Assembly (NCBI RefSeq): GCF_009834535.1
Contig: NC_045717.1
Coordinates: 4,278,001 to 4,342,000 of the forward strand
From: Camelus ferus
Taxonomy: Eukaryota
Direction: 5' to 3'
DNA length: 64,000 nucleotides
Part shown: positions 1 through 11,935 of the stretch, piece after piece
Layout of the letters: each line of letters begins with the position of its first letter
Position numbering within the stretch: the stretch's first letter is position 1
The notes under the pieces: generated by a model
Seen by the model: only the letters and a program-made list of their open reading frames with translations
What the model was told of the DNA's origin: nothing
Database searches by the model: none
Made by a program: the position numbers and the translations under genes

Positions 1-439
1 TACGTGTGAGGCCTCAGATTCTATAACCCGTAAGAGACTAGAACAGCGAATCACAGGTAGAGGGGATGCAGAGGCCAGATACGGGTTAGGGAGAGCAGCT
101 AATTGTCATACGAGGACTGAGTTACTTGAGACACAGCTTTGTGTAGGGGAGGGTCTTTGGGGACCTGGTCCGAGCATCAGTTCACGTTAATGGCTGATTG
201 CTTTGGGGAGATGAATGTTGCATGCCACATGACCTCTGCTCAGACTCCCTCTGGCTTCACAGTAGAGAGCAGTGAGGAGTAGGTAGCTAGCTTTATTTCT
301 CTTGTTTTCACCCTGACAGTTATTATATTACAGGCATGCATTTCACAGAGATGCCACGGTCCATAGCAAAGAGACGGGGGTGGGGGGAGGGCGGTTGGAG
401 GAGGGAGGGGAGCTGGCAGAGGAGGGGACTTGTAGTTTG

Positions 440-1222
440 TCAAGAACTTAAGTGCATGATACAGAGAATTCTTACATACCCTGCACTCAGTTTTCCTCAT
501 TGTTAACCTCTTTCGCTAGCATGGTCATCATTAACGAACTAATATTGATATACTGTTATTTACTAAAATTGACATGTAGTTAATTCATATTTCTTGAGTT
601 TTTATCTAATATTCGCTTTCTCTTTCAGGGTCGCATCCACGTGACCATGTGACATTTAGTCACTATGTCTCTTTAGGCTGCCCTTGGCTGTGACAGCCTC
701 CCAGACTTTTGCTGGTTTTGATGACCTTGACCGTCTTAAGGAAGACTGGCGAGGCATTTTGTAGACCATCCCTCACCTGGTGATTGCTCTGCTTTTCTTA
801 TACTTAGACTGGGGTTCTGGGGCTGTGGGAGGACACCCCCAGAGGTAAAGTGCCGTTTTTTCATCCCGTCATGTCAAGGGTATAAACCACCAACGTGATT
901 TATCACCCCGATCACCTGGCTGAAGTTGTGTTCATTAGGTCTCTCCACTGTAAAGTAATCTCTTCCCTCTCTTTCGTACGGTGCTCTTCGGAGGTATGTG
1001 ATTATGAGCAGCCTGCACTTAAGGAGTGGGGATATCCTACATAAATTATTTGGAATTCTTCCGCATGGGAAATGTGTCCATTCTCCCATGCTTGTTTGTT
1101 TATTCATTTACCTAGCTATTTATTTATATCAGTATGGCTCATGGGTGTCATATTTTACTCTGAGTTATATAATTCAATACTACTTTGTTTATTTTGCTGC
1201 TCAAATTTTCCACCTTTGGGGA
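440..1222 (-). mobile_element. Old LINE-1 3' UTR (L1MC-type)
   Basis: Matches recalled L1MC 3'-end consensus in reverse (e.g. gatgaccttgaccgtcttaagg, cctacataaattatttggaattcttccgcatggg). Resumes at 1599 after two SINEs and a gap. Confidence 0.8.
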
Positions 1223-1225
1223 AAA

Positions 1226-1310
1226 AATTTCTTTTTAAGTAGAGGTACTGGGCATTGAACCAAGGACCTCATGCTAAGCATGCGCTCTACCACTGAGCTA
1301 TTTCCCTCCC
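1226..1310 (-). mobile_element. tRNA-Ala-derived SINE (camelid vic-1-like), short copy
   Basis: Reverse complement reads gggagggaaatagctcagtggtagagcgcatgcttagcatgaggtccttggttcaatgcccagtacctc, with Pol III A box (TAGCTCAGTGG), B box (GGTTCAATGCC) and an A-rich tail. Confidence 0.9.
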
Positions 1311-1451
1311 TCTTTTTTCTTTACAATTTTTCTTTTTTTGTGGGGGAGGTAATTAGGTTTGTTTGTTTGTTTGTTTACTTATTTATTTAGCAATGGAGGT
1401 ACTGGGGATTGAACCCAGGACCTTGTGAATGCAAAGCACGCACTCATTTAC
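1311..1451 (-). mobile_element. tRNA-derived SINE (vic-1-like), 5' end lost in gap
   Basis: gtgggggaggtaattaggtttgtttg...ggaggtactggggattgaacccaggacc; poly-T on the + strand; runs into the N-gap. Confidence 0.9.
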
Positions 1452-1598
1452 NNNNNNNNNNNNNNNNNNNNNNNNNNNNNNNNNNNNNNNNNNNNNNNNN
1501 NNNNNNNNNNNNNNNNNNNNNNNNNNNNNNNNNNNNNNNNNNNNNNNNNNNNNNNNNNNNNNNNNNNNNNNNNNNNNNNNNNNNNNNNNNNNNNNNNN
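1452..1598. other. Assembly gap (147 N)
   Basis: Run of N in the sequence. Confidence 1.
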
Positions 1599-3360
1599 TC
1601 TGGAACTACAAGATGCTCCAGACTCATCTCCTGTATCTCCTGCCCCAGCTCTAGAATCAGGTATGTTGTGGAATAGGAGTGATGAAAGAGGAAATGCTCC
1701 CCTGGCTCCTTATCTTAAGGGGAAAACACCCAGCCTCTCACTATTAAAAAATGACGTTAGCTGGAAGATTTTTGGAGCCATTCATTATTATTTATTATTT
1801 TCTTAAGGTTAGAAATTATGAATTTGCTTTTATTTTTTATTAAAAACATTTTTAGAGTCAGATTCTTTTCATTTCATTTTATTTTTTTATTGAAGTGTAG
1901 TCAGTTTACAATGTTGTGTCAATTTCTGGTGTACAGCATAATGCTTCAGTCATACGTATGCATACATATGTTCCTTTTCATAATCCTTTTCATTATAGGT
2001 GACTACAAGGAATTGAATGTAGCTCCCTGTGCTCTACAGAAGGCACTTGTTGAGATATTCATTATTAAGTTCACCTGTCTTCCTAGTTGGCTAAGAGTTT
2101 TTAAAACCATGAATGGCTGCTAGAATTTATTAATGCTTTGGCTGCATTAACTGATACTGTGATTTTTTTTCTTTAGCCTGATCATGTGGTGGGTTACGCT
2201 GACTGATTTTTGACTGTTGAACCAGGGTTACACCCTAGAATAAATCTCACGTGGCTGTAGTGTGAAATCCTCTCTGTATAAAATTTTGGATTTGATTTGT
2301 TGATGTTTTTGAGCATTTTTGCGTCTAGGTTCATGAGCGATGCTGGTCTCAAAGTTTCCTTTTTTGAAATATCTTTGCTTGGTTTTGGAGCAGTGCTGGC
2401 CTCATCAAATGAGTGAGGAATTGGTTCCCTGCTTGCATTTTCTGGAAAGAGATTGTGGGGGAGTGGCATTATTTCTCCCTTAAATATTTGACAGAATTTA
2501 CTAGTAAAATGATCTGGGCCTGGCACTGTCTATTCTGGAAAGCTACTAATTATTGATATGCAGGTTATCTCTTTGTGTGTGAGTTTGGTAGTTTGTGTCT
2601 TTCAAGAAACTGGTCCCTTTCATGTAGGCTGTCAAATAGGGCATGAAATTAGTCATGGTGCCCCTTTATCATTCTTTTAGTGTCTGTGAACTCAGTGACG
2701 ATCTTTCTTTCATCGATGGTATTGTAATTTGTGTCTCCTTTTTTTTGGCTTATCAAATTTTAAATCAATTTTACTGATTCTTTCAAAGAGTCCACTGCTT
2801 TGGTTTTGTTCATTTTCTTTAATGTTTTTCTGTTTTGCATTTCATTGACATTGACTTCTGCTCTTAAAAAAAATAATATGTTGTCTTTTGTTTCCTTTAG
2901 GCTCAAGTTACTCTTATTTCTCCAGTTTCCTAAAGTAGAAGCTAAGGCTATGATTTTAGATTTCTTTTGTTTTTTGATATATGCATTGAATGTTATAAAT
3001 TTCCCTTGAAGAACTGGTTTTGCTGCATCCTGTATACTTGGATAACTGCATTTTCATTTTTACTTGGTTCAAAATAATTTTTTTAACTTCGCCTGGGACT
3101 TCTTCTTTGACCCGTGTGTTATTTAGAAATGTGCTATTTAATTTACAGATGCTTGGGAGTTATCTTTCGGCTACTGAGCTGTAGGTTAATTCCATCATGG
3201 TTTGAGAACATATTTTGTACGTTTCTATTCTTCAGCATTTTTAAAGATTATGTTCGGTGGCCCAGAATGTAGTCTATCTTGGTGAATGTTCCAGGTGAGC
3301 TTGAGAAGAGTGTGTATTCTGCTCTTGTTTGATGGAATTTTCTGTACATTCTATACATAA
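1599..3360 (-). mobile_element. Old LINE-1: 3' UTR remnant joined to decayed ORF2 (RT and linker region)
   Basis: ORF 2194-2526(-) PGPDHFTSKFCQIFK...SFDEAS...KKETLRPASLMNLDAKML aligns to L1 ORF2 PGPDGFTAEFYQ...SFYEAS...KKENFRPISLMNIDAKIL. Confidence 0.88.
1876..2052 (-). mobile_element. Younger L1 3'-terminal fragment inserted in old L1
   Basis: ttttttattgaagtgtagtcagtttacaatgttgtgtcaatttctggtgtacagc is a laurasiatherian-type L1 3' end in reverse. Confidence 0.85.
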
Positions 3361-3469
3361 AAAGTAGGCTAAGAGGCATAAACAGGCCCAAACCAGATCT
3401 GTCTGTCTGGGTGCTGTAAATTCGTGTTATGTTGCACCTATAAGTCTGGCTTTGCCTTGGAGATTGTTT

Positions 3470-3580
3470 GTAAATTCCTCAACAACCTTATGGGTTAAGG
3501 TTACTACAGATGAGCAAACTGAGGCTTACAAGGGTAAAGTCACTTGCCTAAGATCTTTCTGCTCTTAAGCACCATGTCGC
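3470..3580 (-). mobile_element. MIR SINE fragment
   Basis: tcctcaacaaccttatgg...acagatgagcaaactgaggctt matches the MIR core. Confidence 0.75.
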
Positions 3581-5349
3581 AGGTCTGAGAACAACTTTGC
3601 TGCTCTTTCTACCAGATATCAGGGCACCAAGTTGCTCTGGTCCTAGGATGATTGATTAATTGGAGTTTTATGGAGGAGGAGCCAGTCCTCCTTCTCAATC
3701 TAGCTGAATTAGTGTAGGAGGCAGCAAGACTTATACAGGTGAGGAAAGAAGTCATCTTTAACATGAACAAAAGGAATGTAGGAGGAACTAGGCAAGAATG
3801 GATTAGTAATAGGGGACGGGCTAAGGAATGTGACATTTGAAGTCAAGGGCAATTAGGAAATAAGTTTTCGTTTCAAAGAAACTTACATAGTTTGAGGAAA
3901 GGGGAAGAGAGCTGAAGTTTATTGGTGCTTCCTTGTGTTAGACATTGTGCTGGGCACTTTTACATCCATTTCCTCCCTTAATGCCCAGGGCAAGCTTGTG
4001 GAATGTCTCCGCAGCCTGGAGATTGTCCCTCCCACCCCTGGCCCACTGCATAATGATGCTTCCTAGGGGACAAGAGAAGGATCCCAGAAAATAAAGTGGT
4101 GGAAAATTTGGAAAGGAATATAGGATGGTGAGTGGGTATCCCTGACCAAGGGAAACGTGCTATTCTCAGTCTTTGGGAAGACGTGCGGCCAGAGTATGGG
4201 CATTCTGACTGCCAGTCATCATGGGGCCAGATGCGGGTGGGTCCTGGGACAGGGTGGGGGAGGGAGGGACTTCCTCTGGATCAGGCAGGAGTGTGCGTGC
4301 AGGCCAAGCCAGGGTTCTGGTGGTAGAATGAGTCCCTCCACCTTGTGAGGCACCACTGAGCTCACTGCTCTGACTCACCAACCTCTTCGGATAAACTTCC
4401 CAAGAATTTAGGGGAGGACCAAGTCTAGGCAGAGCGCATAGCTCCATGCCTGAATTCTTTCTAACAGAGACTCTCTGGATCACAGATAATGCAAGGAAGT
4501 GTGCATGTGTGTGGTGTGTTTTGAGAGAACTGAGTCCCCAAGGAGCTTCACGCTGGAAGGCAGGGGTTTGGTGCAGCAACCCTAGCTGCTTAGGATCAAG
4601 GGATTTTTTCTTTTTAATTTCCCAAAACCCTATGACCTTCTTATTCTGCATCTGGAGAAAATAACACAGGAGCAACAGTGGGGATGCATGTCCCAGGTAG
4701 AGATGGCCTTGCTGCTATAAACACTCAGAGTTGCAGTAGTGGGGTTCCCATCAGCCACAAAAGCCTGAAGACTCAAGTCCCCTAGGCCAGATGTGGAGCC
4801 AAACAGGGGCTTTGTTGTTCTGACCTTTTGATGCTAACAGACCTGCCTCCTGAGACTGAATCTCACCCTGCAGATACATGGGGTCACTCAGAGGGAGAAA
4901 AACAACATTCCCTGATAAGTAGGGGAGGAGGCTGGAGTGGTTCCACTTGGAAATAAAGAAAAATACACCCCTCAAGCTAGTGAGGTTGGATGTGTCGGCC
5001 ACACAAATAATGAGTCAATTTGCCTTGCATGCGGATTGAGAAATGTCTCAGGAGTAATCCTTTTGCTGTTGGCGGTGGGGCCGCGGTGTGTGGGGGCAGA
5101 GAATGTAGATGGTAAATGTATTCTGGATACCAAAGATAAAGAATGCATTTGTGTTAAGACCTGCCAGATAATCCTTTTATGCCCCTCTAGCACCTGGCAC
5201 AGAATTCAGTCTGCAGTTCAGTGTGGTAACTATTTTAGAGATTTTGGCAGCTTCACCAGGAAGAAGCAAAGAGAATGATCTCTGTAAATATTTGCTGATG
5301 GGAGGGAGAACGGGTGACTAAATGAATGTATGGAGGGGTGGGTAGATGT

Positions 5350-5410
5350 GTGGGTGAGTGGATGGATGGATGGATGGATGGATGGGTGGGTAGGTGGGTG
5401 GGTGGTGAAT
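5350..5410. repeat. (GGAT)n/(GGGT)n low-complexity repeat
   Basis: gatggatggatggatggatggatgggtgggtaggtgggtg seen directly. Confidence 0.9.
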
Positions 5411-5659
5411 GCGTGAGTGAGTGGCTAGAATGATGGATAGAGCAGTGTCACTAGAATTTCTGAGACTGTGTCAGTCGTGGAATGGAAACGACCAGGCTGT
5501 TGTGTGTCTTGTTGTCAGCAGCCTGTCAACACTGTCCTAGGGTGATGGGCACTTCTGGGTTTCTCCATGTGATTATTCAACTGGACTGTGAATTTCAAAG
5601 GCAAATGTGAGCCTGGAGCCCACCAGCTGGAAGTGAACATAGCTGGGCTAAATCCACCT

Positions 5660-6010
5660 TTTCCAGTCCCTTCCCAGCCGCAATCACTTCTTGGCTCTGA
5701 GCCTCCGTTTCCTTGTCTCTCAGAAGAGGATGAGAACCTCTGTCTTACAGGATGGAAGTGACAATTAAATAAGACAGCAGACATCAGCCTCGCTGGTGCT
5801 TACAGAGAACTGTTACTATACGACAGGAACAGTTTTTAGTGCTTGGCTTATACCAACGCGCCACAATCCGATGAGGTAGGTACTGTTATAGTCGCTATTT
5901 TACAGAGAAGAAACTGAGGCAGAGAAGTGAAGAGATTTGACCAAGGCCTTCAGCTAGGAAGGCAGATCTGGGCTTCAAACCCTGACAGGCTGGTTCTAGA
6001 GCACGTACAT
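5660..6010. mobile_element. Two MIR fragments (+ then -)
   Basis: ctctgagcctccgtttcctt at about 5695 (+); ctattttacagagaagaaactgaggcagagaagtg at about 5900 (-). Confidence 0.7.
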
Positions 6011-6280
6011 TTAGCCGTCTGCCCTGCATCCTCTTGAATGTATAACGTGCTTAGCACAGCCCCTGGCATGTGGTGGGTCTTCCCTAAAGGGGCAATGCCT
6101 TTCCTCTTGGTGCATTAGTTGCTCTGAGATGGCATGGTAGCCTGTCCCCTGTGGTCAGAGCTGTTAGGAGCCTGGAGAGACAGCTGTGAATTCAGCCTTG
6201 GCCAGTCATGCCAAGCCCCTCAACTAGGACTTTTCTTTTTACCCTTTTAAGCCTGATTCTCGAAACGGGGAAGACGTAGA

Positions 6281-6397
6281 AAGATCTGAAAAAAAAAAAA
6301 ATCTGTATGTACATGGATAACTGAATCGTTTTGCTGTACACCTGAAACTAACATTGTAAATCAACCACACTTCAGTAAAAAATAAAATTAAAAAAAA
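6281..6397 (+). mobile_element. Severely 5'-truncated L1 3' tip with TSD
   Basis: ggataactgaatcgttttgctgtacacctgaaactaacattgtaaatcaaccacacttcag plus A tail; agacgtaga repeated at 6272-6280 and 6403-6411. Confidence 0.85.
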
Positions 6398-6869
6398 GTG
6401 GGAGACGTAGATTTCAAGATCCTTAGGAGTCAAATCAATTTCCCTTACCTCAGGTAAGGAAAGGCTTTGTTAAGGAAAAGAAACACATCTCTTTCCAAAT
6501 GCATTTTAAGACAGTCTGCGAACTGCTTTGCAATTTGGGTGCACAGGCACTTTAGAACAAAGTAAGAAGAAAATGGCTTTTTTAAAAAGCATGTCAAGGG
6601 CAATGTTCAGCGTTAGGATTATTATGATACTGTTATTATAATTTTCTGTGCATGTATGGGAGAGAGACACAGGGTGGTGATCAACTTTAGAATCTTTTCT
6701 ACTATACTTTCGGTAGATATATGATCATGAGATGATTGCTCAGCTGCTGAGAATCGAAAAGAGAAGATGCCTGTCAATGCAGGCAGGAATGAAGCCCCCG
6801 AAACGATGCAGGCAGTGGGTCTCAATGGTTAGGACCATTGTCTCGGGAGGCTGGATGCAAACCTGGCTT

Positions 6870-7000
6870 CCATCCTTGCTGTGTGACCCTAGGCTTGTCA
6901 TTGTCCCTCTCCAAGCCTCAGTTTCTTCACCTGAAAAATGGGAATGGTTTTGTGGAGAGTTGCTGTGATGATCAAACAGGATCATGTTAATAATTATGTT
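6870..7000 (+). mobile_element. MIR fragment
   Basis: ctgtgtgaccctaggc...gcctcagtttcttcacctgaaaaatggg matches the MIR core. Confidence 0.75.
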
Positions 7001-7276
7001 ACTGTAAATCTGAAGTACTAGATAAATAAATGGAAGGGAAGGTGCTCATTTTTGGAAGTCACGGGGGTCTGAAATCTGGCAAAGCTGGGTTGCGTCTTTG
7101 CTCAGGCACTCTTTTGCTGAGCCTTGGTTATTTCATCTCCAAAAGAGGGATAGTAATTTTCGGACAACAGTTTTTTTTAGGATTCAGTGAGGTTAATGTG
7201 CATAAAATGTTTGGCGTAACGCCTTACACAGTTAGTGCTCAAGAGTGCTAGGCAATTACACTTATAAGAAAATTTT

Positions 7277-7384
7277 AATTATTATTATTACTTTAATGTC
7301 GATACTGGGCATTGAACCTAGGACCTCGCACATGCTAAGCACACGCTAAGCACATGCTTTACCATGGAGCTACACCCCACCCCC
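7277..7384 (-). mobile_element. tRNA-derived SINE (vic-1-like)
   Basis: atactgggcattgaacctaggacctcgcacatgctaagcacacgctaagcacatgctttaccatggagctacacccc. Confidence 0.85.
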
Positions 7385-7506
7385 AGGGAATTATACTTGA
7401 TTGTGACCCCTGGCTCAGAAGTGATGCCACAGAGGACAGGACATGGGAAGAAATGAAGAAATGGTTCAAACCGTTGATTGTGCAATTTAATGTTCTTTTT
7501 ATTCCT

Positions 7507-7535
7507 TGTGTGCGTGTGTGTGTGTGTGTGTGTGT
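7507..7535. repeat. (GT)n microsatellite
   Basis: Seen directly, with one C interruption. Confidence 0.95.
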
Positions 7536-8714
7536 TTACATCTGTGTGTGTACTCTAGCATGGTTAATGACGAATTTCCATGGTGAGAATTGGATGAGTC
7601 ATGGACTCAATTTAGTCTTTACAACAGCTGAAAACAGCATGAAACGTTTTCTCCTTCTGGAAGCCATGCCCCCTTCTTGGCTGACTCTGGCCGGATTCCC
7701 TGCGATCCAGATATTTTAAGTGCTCGCCAGGGCAGCTCAGCAGGACTCTGAGAGGGTGGATTTCATTCTTGGTCAGAGGGAGACAAGACTCCTATGTAAT
7801 GAGGCACTTTACTAACATAGGACGTGCAGTACCCATGGGCTGCGTGTCCTGGGAAGAACGTGGGCTTCCAGGAGAACCTGGGAGAAGCACCTTACGCTTC
7901 TCTTTCTTCCGCTTAAGGGACAGTCACTTGAATGTTCCTCTGCATCCACCTGGAGGACCGCACACCTCCCTCACCACCTGCCTGACTCCAGTCTCACTCT
8001 GGTCAGTCACCTTCACATCACAGGCACATCCACAGCTTGCACACCCCTGTCTGATCCCCACGCTCCCCCACCGAGGGGAGAGTCCTAGCTGCTTTGCACA
8101 ATGAACTGACTTTTTCCAAGCTGGCCTCAACTTGTGTCTGATTCAGCTCCTGCTCGTGCTGTAACAATCTGGGCACACATTTGTGTATCCCACTCGTGAG
8201 CAAAACCTGTCCGATTCCCTGTACCTCTAGTAACTGGCATAGAGATGGTGCTCAATACATGTTTTTTAACATGGCAGTTCAGCCGAGTGTTTAAAAAATT
8301 TGACTCAAATTGGATCTGGGTTTGAGTCTTGGACTCTCCAGTTTGTTGGTCTGTCAGGCAGGGAAGATGGCTAAGCCTTAGTTCCACTCTCTGTACAGTA
8401 GAGGCAATGGTGCTGTCCATAAGGATGTTCTGAGGATGAGATGAAGGACCACAGCAAAAAGGCTTGGCACAAGGCTAGGCGTGCGGTAAGAACTTAAAAG
8501 ATGGTAGCTTTTATTGTTATTAAGTCTTTGTTGAACACACAGCATAGCACGGTCTATGGAGAAAAAGAATCATAAAAGGGATACTGAATAATGCTCTTTT
8601 GATGCTGGAAACCACCAGGGACACATGATAGAAGACGGTACTCTTCTGAGAGTGTATGTTAACAATGGTGATGGAAATTGTGGGGAAGATGTGACTTCTG
8701 ATAGCGTGGTAGGG

Positions 8715-9230
8715 TGTGTTCAGTTGCAAGGAAATGAAAATCCAACCCAAATAGGCTTAAGCAATTTTTTTTAAAAAGGTTAATTGCTTATGTAACTAGA
8801 CAGAAACAAGGTTGGGTGGGCTTCAGTGCTGGTTTGACTCAGCTGCTCAGTGATATTATCAGCGGCCCAGGGTCTTTTTCTCTATGCTCTACCACCTTCA
8901 TCCTAAGGCCATCTTCTTTCTTGGTGTTGCTGTAAGAGGGCTGCCAATTTTTGGGGATTTGAGGACCATGCCCAGGAAGAGGGACAGGGTTGCTTCTAGA
9001 AACTCTCTTAGAAGACTGAAACCTTGCTTTCTTGAAGCCACCAGCAAATAACTCCAATCTTCTTGGCCTTGAATGAATCACATATCCATCAACGAACTGC
9101 TGGATAGTGTTCAGGGAATGAGTTTGTGCTGACTGATTTGGCTTGAGCCACCTGCTCCATCCCTAGAACCAAAGCATGTGTTCTGCAGTGGACGGCCAAG
9201 ATCATCCAAATACTGAAATGGCGGGGGTGG
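8715..9230 (-). mobile_element. MaLR solo LTR (MLT1J/K-like)
   Basis: tcagttgcaaggaaatgaaaatccaacccaaataggcttaagcaa is the typical MLT1 3' end in reverse. Confidence 0.75.
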
Positions 9231-9529
9231 GGGTACTAGGAAAGAAACTGTTTTCTGACTTTGTAAAGAATCAGCAGCTCTCATGACTGCTATGCAGGTT
9301 TGAGAGAATGGGAGGCATAGCTCTATACTTTAATTGCCTCGTGACTTAGTTGCTTTTAAAAGTGCATTCCTACATCATTTATTCAACAACCACCAATGAT
9401 GCAACAAAAAAGTATAATAATGACGTTTCTCTCTCTCTCTCTCTTTTTGCTGCATCTACTGTTTGTACTATGATCTTTTAGCTTTGACTCTTGGTTCTCT
9501 GATGCCTCCCCGCCCCCCCCCCCCCCCAA

Positions 9530-9690
9530 TAAATAGCTCTCTGCGGTAAGTGTTACTAGATTGGCTTTGTAGATGAGAAAACAAATTGAAGCTCAAGGAG
9601 GTTGATGTCAGGGTTTCAGATTCCTTCAGGAAATTAGCAGCAGAGCCTGGATTTAATCCAGGCCTGCCTGTTTCCAAAGCTGATGTCATT
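9530..9690 (-). mobile_element. MIR fragment
   Basis: ttgtagatgagaaaacaaattgaagctca...gcagagcctggatttaatccagg. Confidence 0.65.
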
Positions 9691-10124
9691 TCCCGGATTC
9701 CATGCTACCTTCTTATTCTAGAAGCAAGGCAGAGACTTCCATTTGAAAATGGGTGTGCCAACTGATATTCTTCCCATCTCCTCCTGGAAACCATCCAAAG
9801 CAATAAGGAGAATGGAGAACAAAATTCCAAACTCCTTTTTTTTAGTGAAGCTAGGAGACAGGCTGAAAAATATTGTGTGATGGCTGTGAAGAACACACAG
9901 TAGATGCATGAGAGGACATAGCCAAAAGCAGGAGAGAGCTCAGTAAAGTATTTGAGCCCCCCAAAACAAACAGAGAAAAAAAATCAAACTTTCTTGATGC
10001 TGGGGGAGCCATTCTGAGGGAGAAAATCTATATCCTTTGAAAAAGAGGATGAGGACATATGGTAAGCTGAGAAGTAGAAGTTCCCCCAAACTTGGTTGGA
10101 TTCAGAGAGGTGAGGAGGTTGGAA

Positions 10125-10480
10125 GTATCCGTCAGTTTTTGCTACATAACAAACATCTCCAAACTCAATAAATATTTTTTCCTTTTCATGTGTCTTCAGG
10201 ATGGTTAGGGCTGATGTATCTGGGCTGGTCTCAGCCAGGCTTGGCTCCAGTCTGAGGGCTGGGTGCTAGTTGGCTCCAGGTGTATCTCAACCTACTTAAT
10301 CCAGTGACAACCTGAGGCATGTTCTTCTTAGGATGAAAAGCAAGAGTCAAGAAGGTAAATCGAACTACACAGGCACATTTCATGCTTTGTTCATGGCATA
10401 CACACTAATAGCCCATTAGCCAAAGCAAACTGCATGGTCAAATCTGAAGCCAAGAAGTAAGGAAGTACCATCCATCGGCA
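10125..10480 (-). mobile_element. MaLR solo LTR (MLT1H/I/J-like)
   Basis: gtatccgtcagtttttgctacataacaaac...cccattagccaaagcaaactgcatggtcaaatc. Confidence 0.75.
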
Positions 10481-10489
10481 GAAGACTTC

Positions 10490-11935
10490 CTACAACTCCC
10501 TGAAAATAAAATTTAAAACCCGGATGAAATAAATGGTTTTCTAGGAAAATGTAATTTATCACGTCTGATCTTAAAGAAGAGATTACAGTCTAAATAAATT
10601 AATTATGAAGAAAGTCTTGAAAGAGCTACTAATCTCCCATGAAGAACAAAGTGCTATAAAGTTTCTACGGGAATTTTAACCAAACGATTAAAGCACAGAT
10701 ATTCCTCACAGCAGAGATTCTGGCAGCTGCCACATTAGCCAAACGATCAAAGTTAACATTTGTAGCAGGACAAGGATATGTGTGTCTCCTGACATGATGC
10801 ACTAAGAAGGACGCGATTTCACCTTTGTGGCATTTCTGACAAAAAAATCATAACTCGAATCTACACATGAAAAACATCAGAAAATTCCAGTTGAGGGATA
10901 GTGCACAAAACAAATAACCAGCACACTACAAAAATACCGATTTTTAAAGACAAAGACTGAAGAATTGCTCCAGGTTAAGAGACTGGAGAGACATGTGTGA
11001 TGTTAGATTGGGTCATAACTAGAGAAAAAAAATTTTGATGAGAGATGCTTTTGGGAAAACTGATAAAATTTAACAAAGGCCAATAGATTAGATGATTGTA
11101 TTGTATCAATGTTAATGATGTTAATTTCCTGATTTTGACAATTGTATTGTGGTTATATAAGAGTATGTCCTTCTGTTCAGAAAATACACACTGAAGTATC
11201 TAGGGTTAAGGGATGTGTCTATAACTTACTTTTAAATGATTCAGAAAAAATGGCATATAGTTTTAGGGAATCTGGGGGTATGGTAAATTTGTACTTTTCT
11301 AAAAACAATTTTACTATAAATCCGTAATTCTTCAAACCAACATGTTAAATAACTGGTAATTCCAATTTTATTTAAACTAATCGAGAAGAAACAAGAAGAG
11401 AAACACATTTTTCTTCTTTTTTTTAAAAAAATGACATTAACATTAGTAAAACCTGATCAAGATTGAGATGAAAAGAAAACTACAGACTCATGTCACCTGT
11501 GAATATCAAAATTCTCATATCGAAATATTAGAACGCAAAAGTCTTAAAGCGTTAAAGACCACAGTGCAACATCGTAGTAAAAGCAAAAGACTTGAACTCT
11601 CACAAGTGAAAGAAATCTTCACATAAATAATATAAGGACAAGAATTATTTCAGGAATTCAAGAATAATTTCATATTAGGAAATGGATTAAATTAATGATT
11701 TAAAGAGAAAAATCACCTGATATTGTCTATGATTGCCGCAAAGGCGTTTGACATAATAATTCAATGCTTATTAATAAAATAGAGATCAATGGATTCTTCC
11801 TTAACAAGATAAAATATCTTAGCTCCAGAGCCAGCGTTCTGCCGAATGGGGAAACACAGGCAGCATCCCGACTCAAGTCAAAGAAGGCTACTCATTCCTG
11901 GAGGGTCGATTACCCATTAGACATTTTCCATGTAA
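10490..11935 (+). mobile_element. Old L1 ORF2 fragment (10490-10712 and 11345-11935), split by another L1 3' end
   Basis: aaatttaaaacccggatgaaataaatgg (ENLDEMD region), gaaaactacagactcatgtcacctgtgaatatc (ENYRPISL region), gaaaaatcacctgatattgtctatgattgccgcaaaggcgtttgac (HMIISIDAEKAFD region). Confidence 0.75.
10715..11340 (+). mobile_element. L1MC/L1ME-type 3' UTR fragment
   Basis: caatgttaatttcctgattttgacaattgtattgtggttatataagagtatgtcc...aaaatacacactgaagtat-like sequence. Confidence 0.75.

Noticed and set aside
376-410. G-run cluster with G-quadruplex potential
   Set aside because: Such purine-rich low-complexity patches are common in mammalian DNA and there is no supporting context.
1226-1310. 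tRNA-Ala-like gene on the minus strand
   Set aside because: It has an anticodon-arm deletion and an A-rich tail, and four related copies occur in the window. It is a SINE head, not a tRNA gene.
1409-1806. ORFs dominated by X, here and at 12787-13507, 14659-15363 and 17560-17925
   Set aside because: They stay open only because N-gaps are translated as X.
4937-5278. 113-aa Cys-containing ORF with a hydrophobic stretch
   Set aside because: It begins at GTG, has no recognisable domain or splice structure, and is within chance expectation for six frames of 64 kb.
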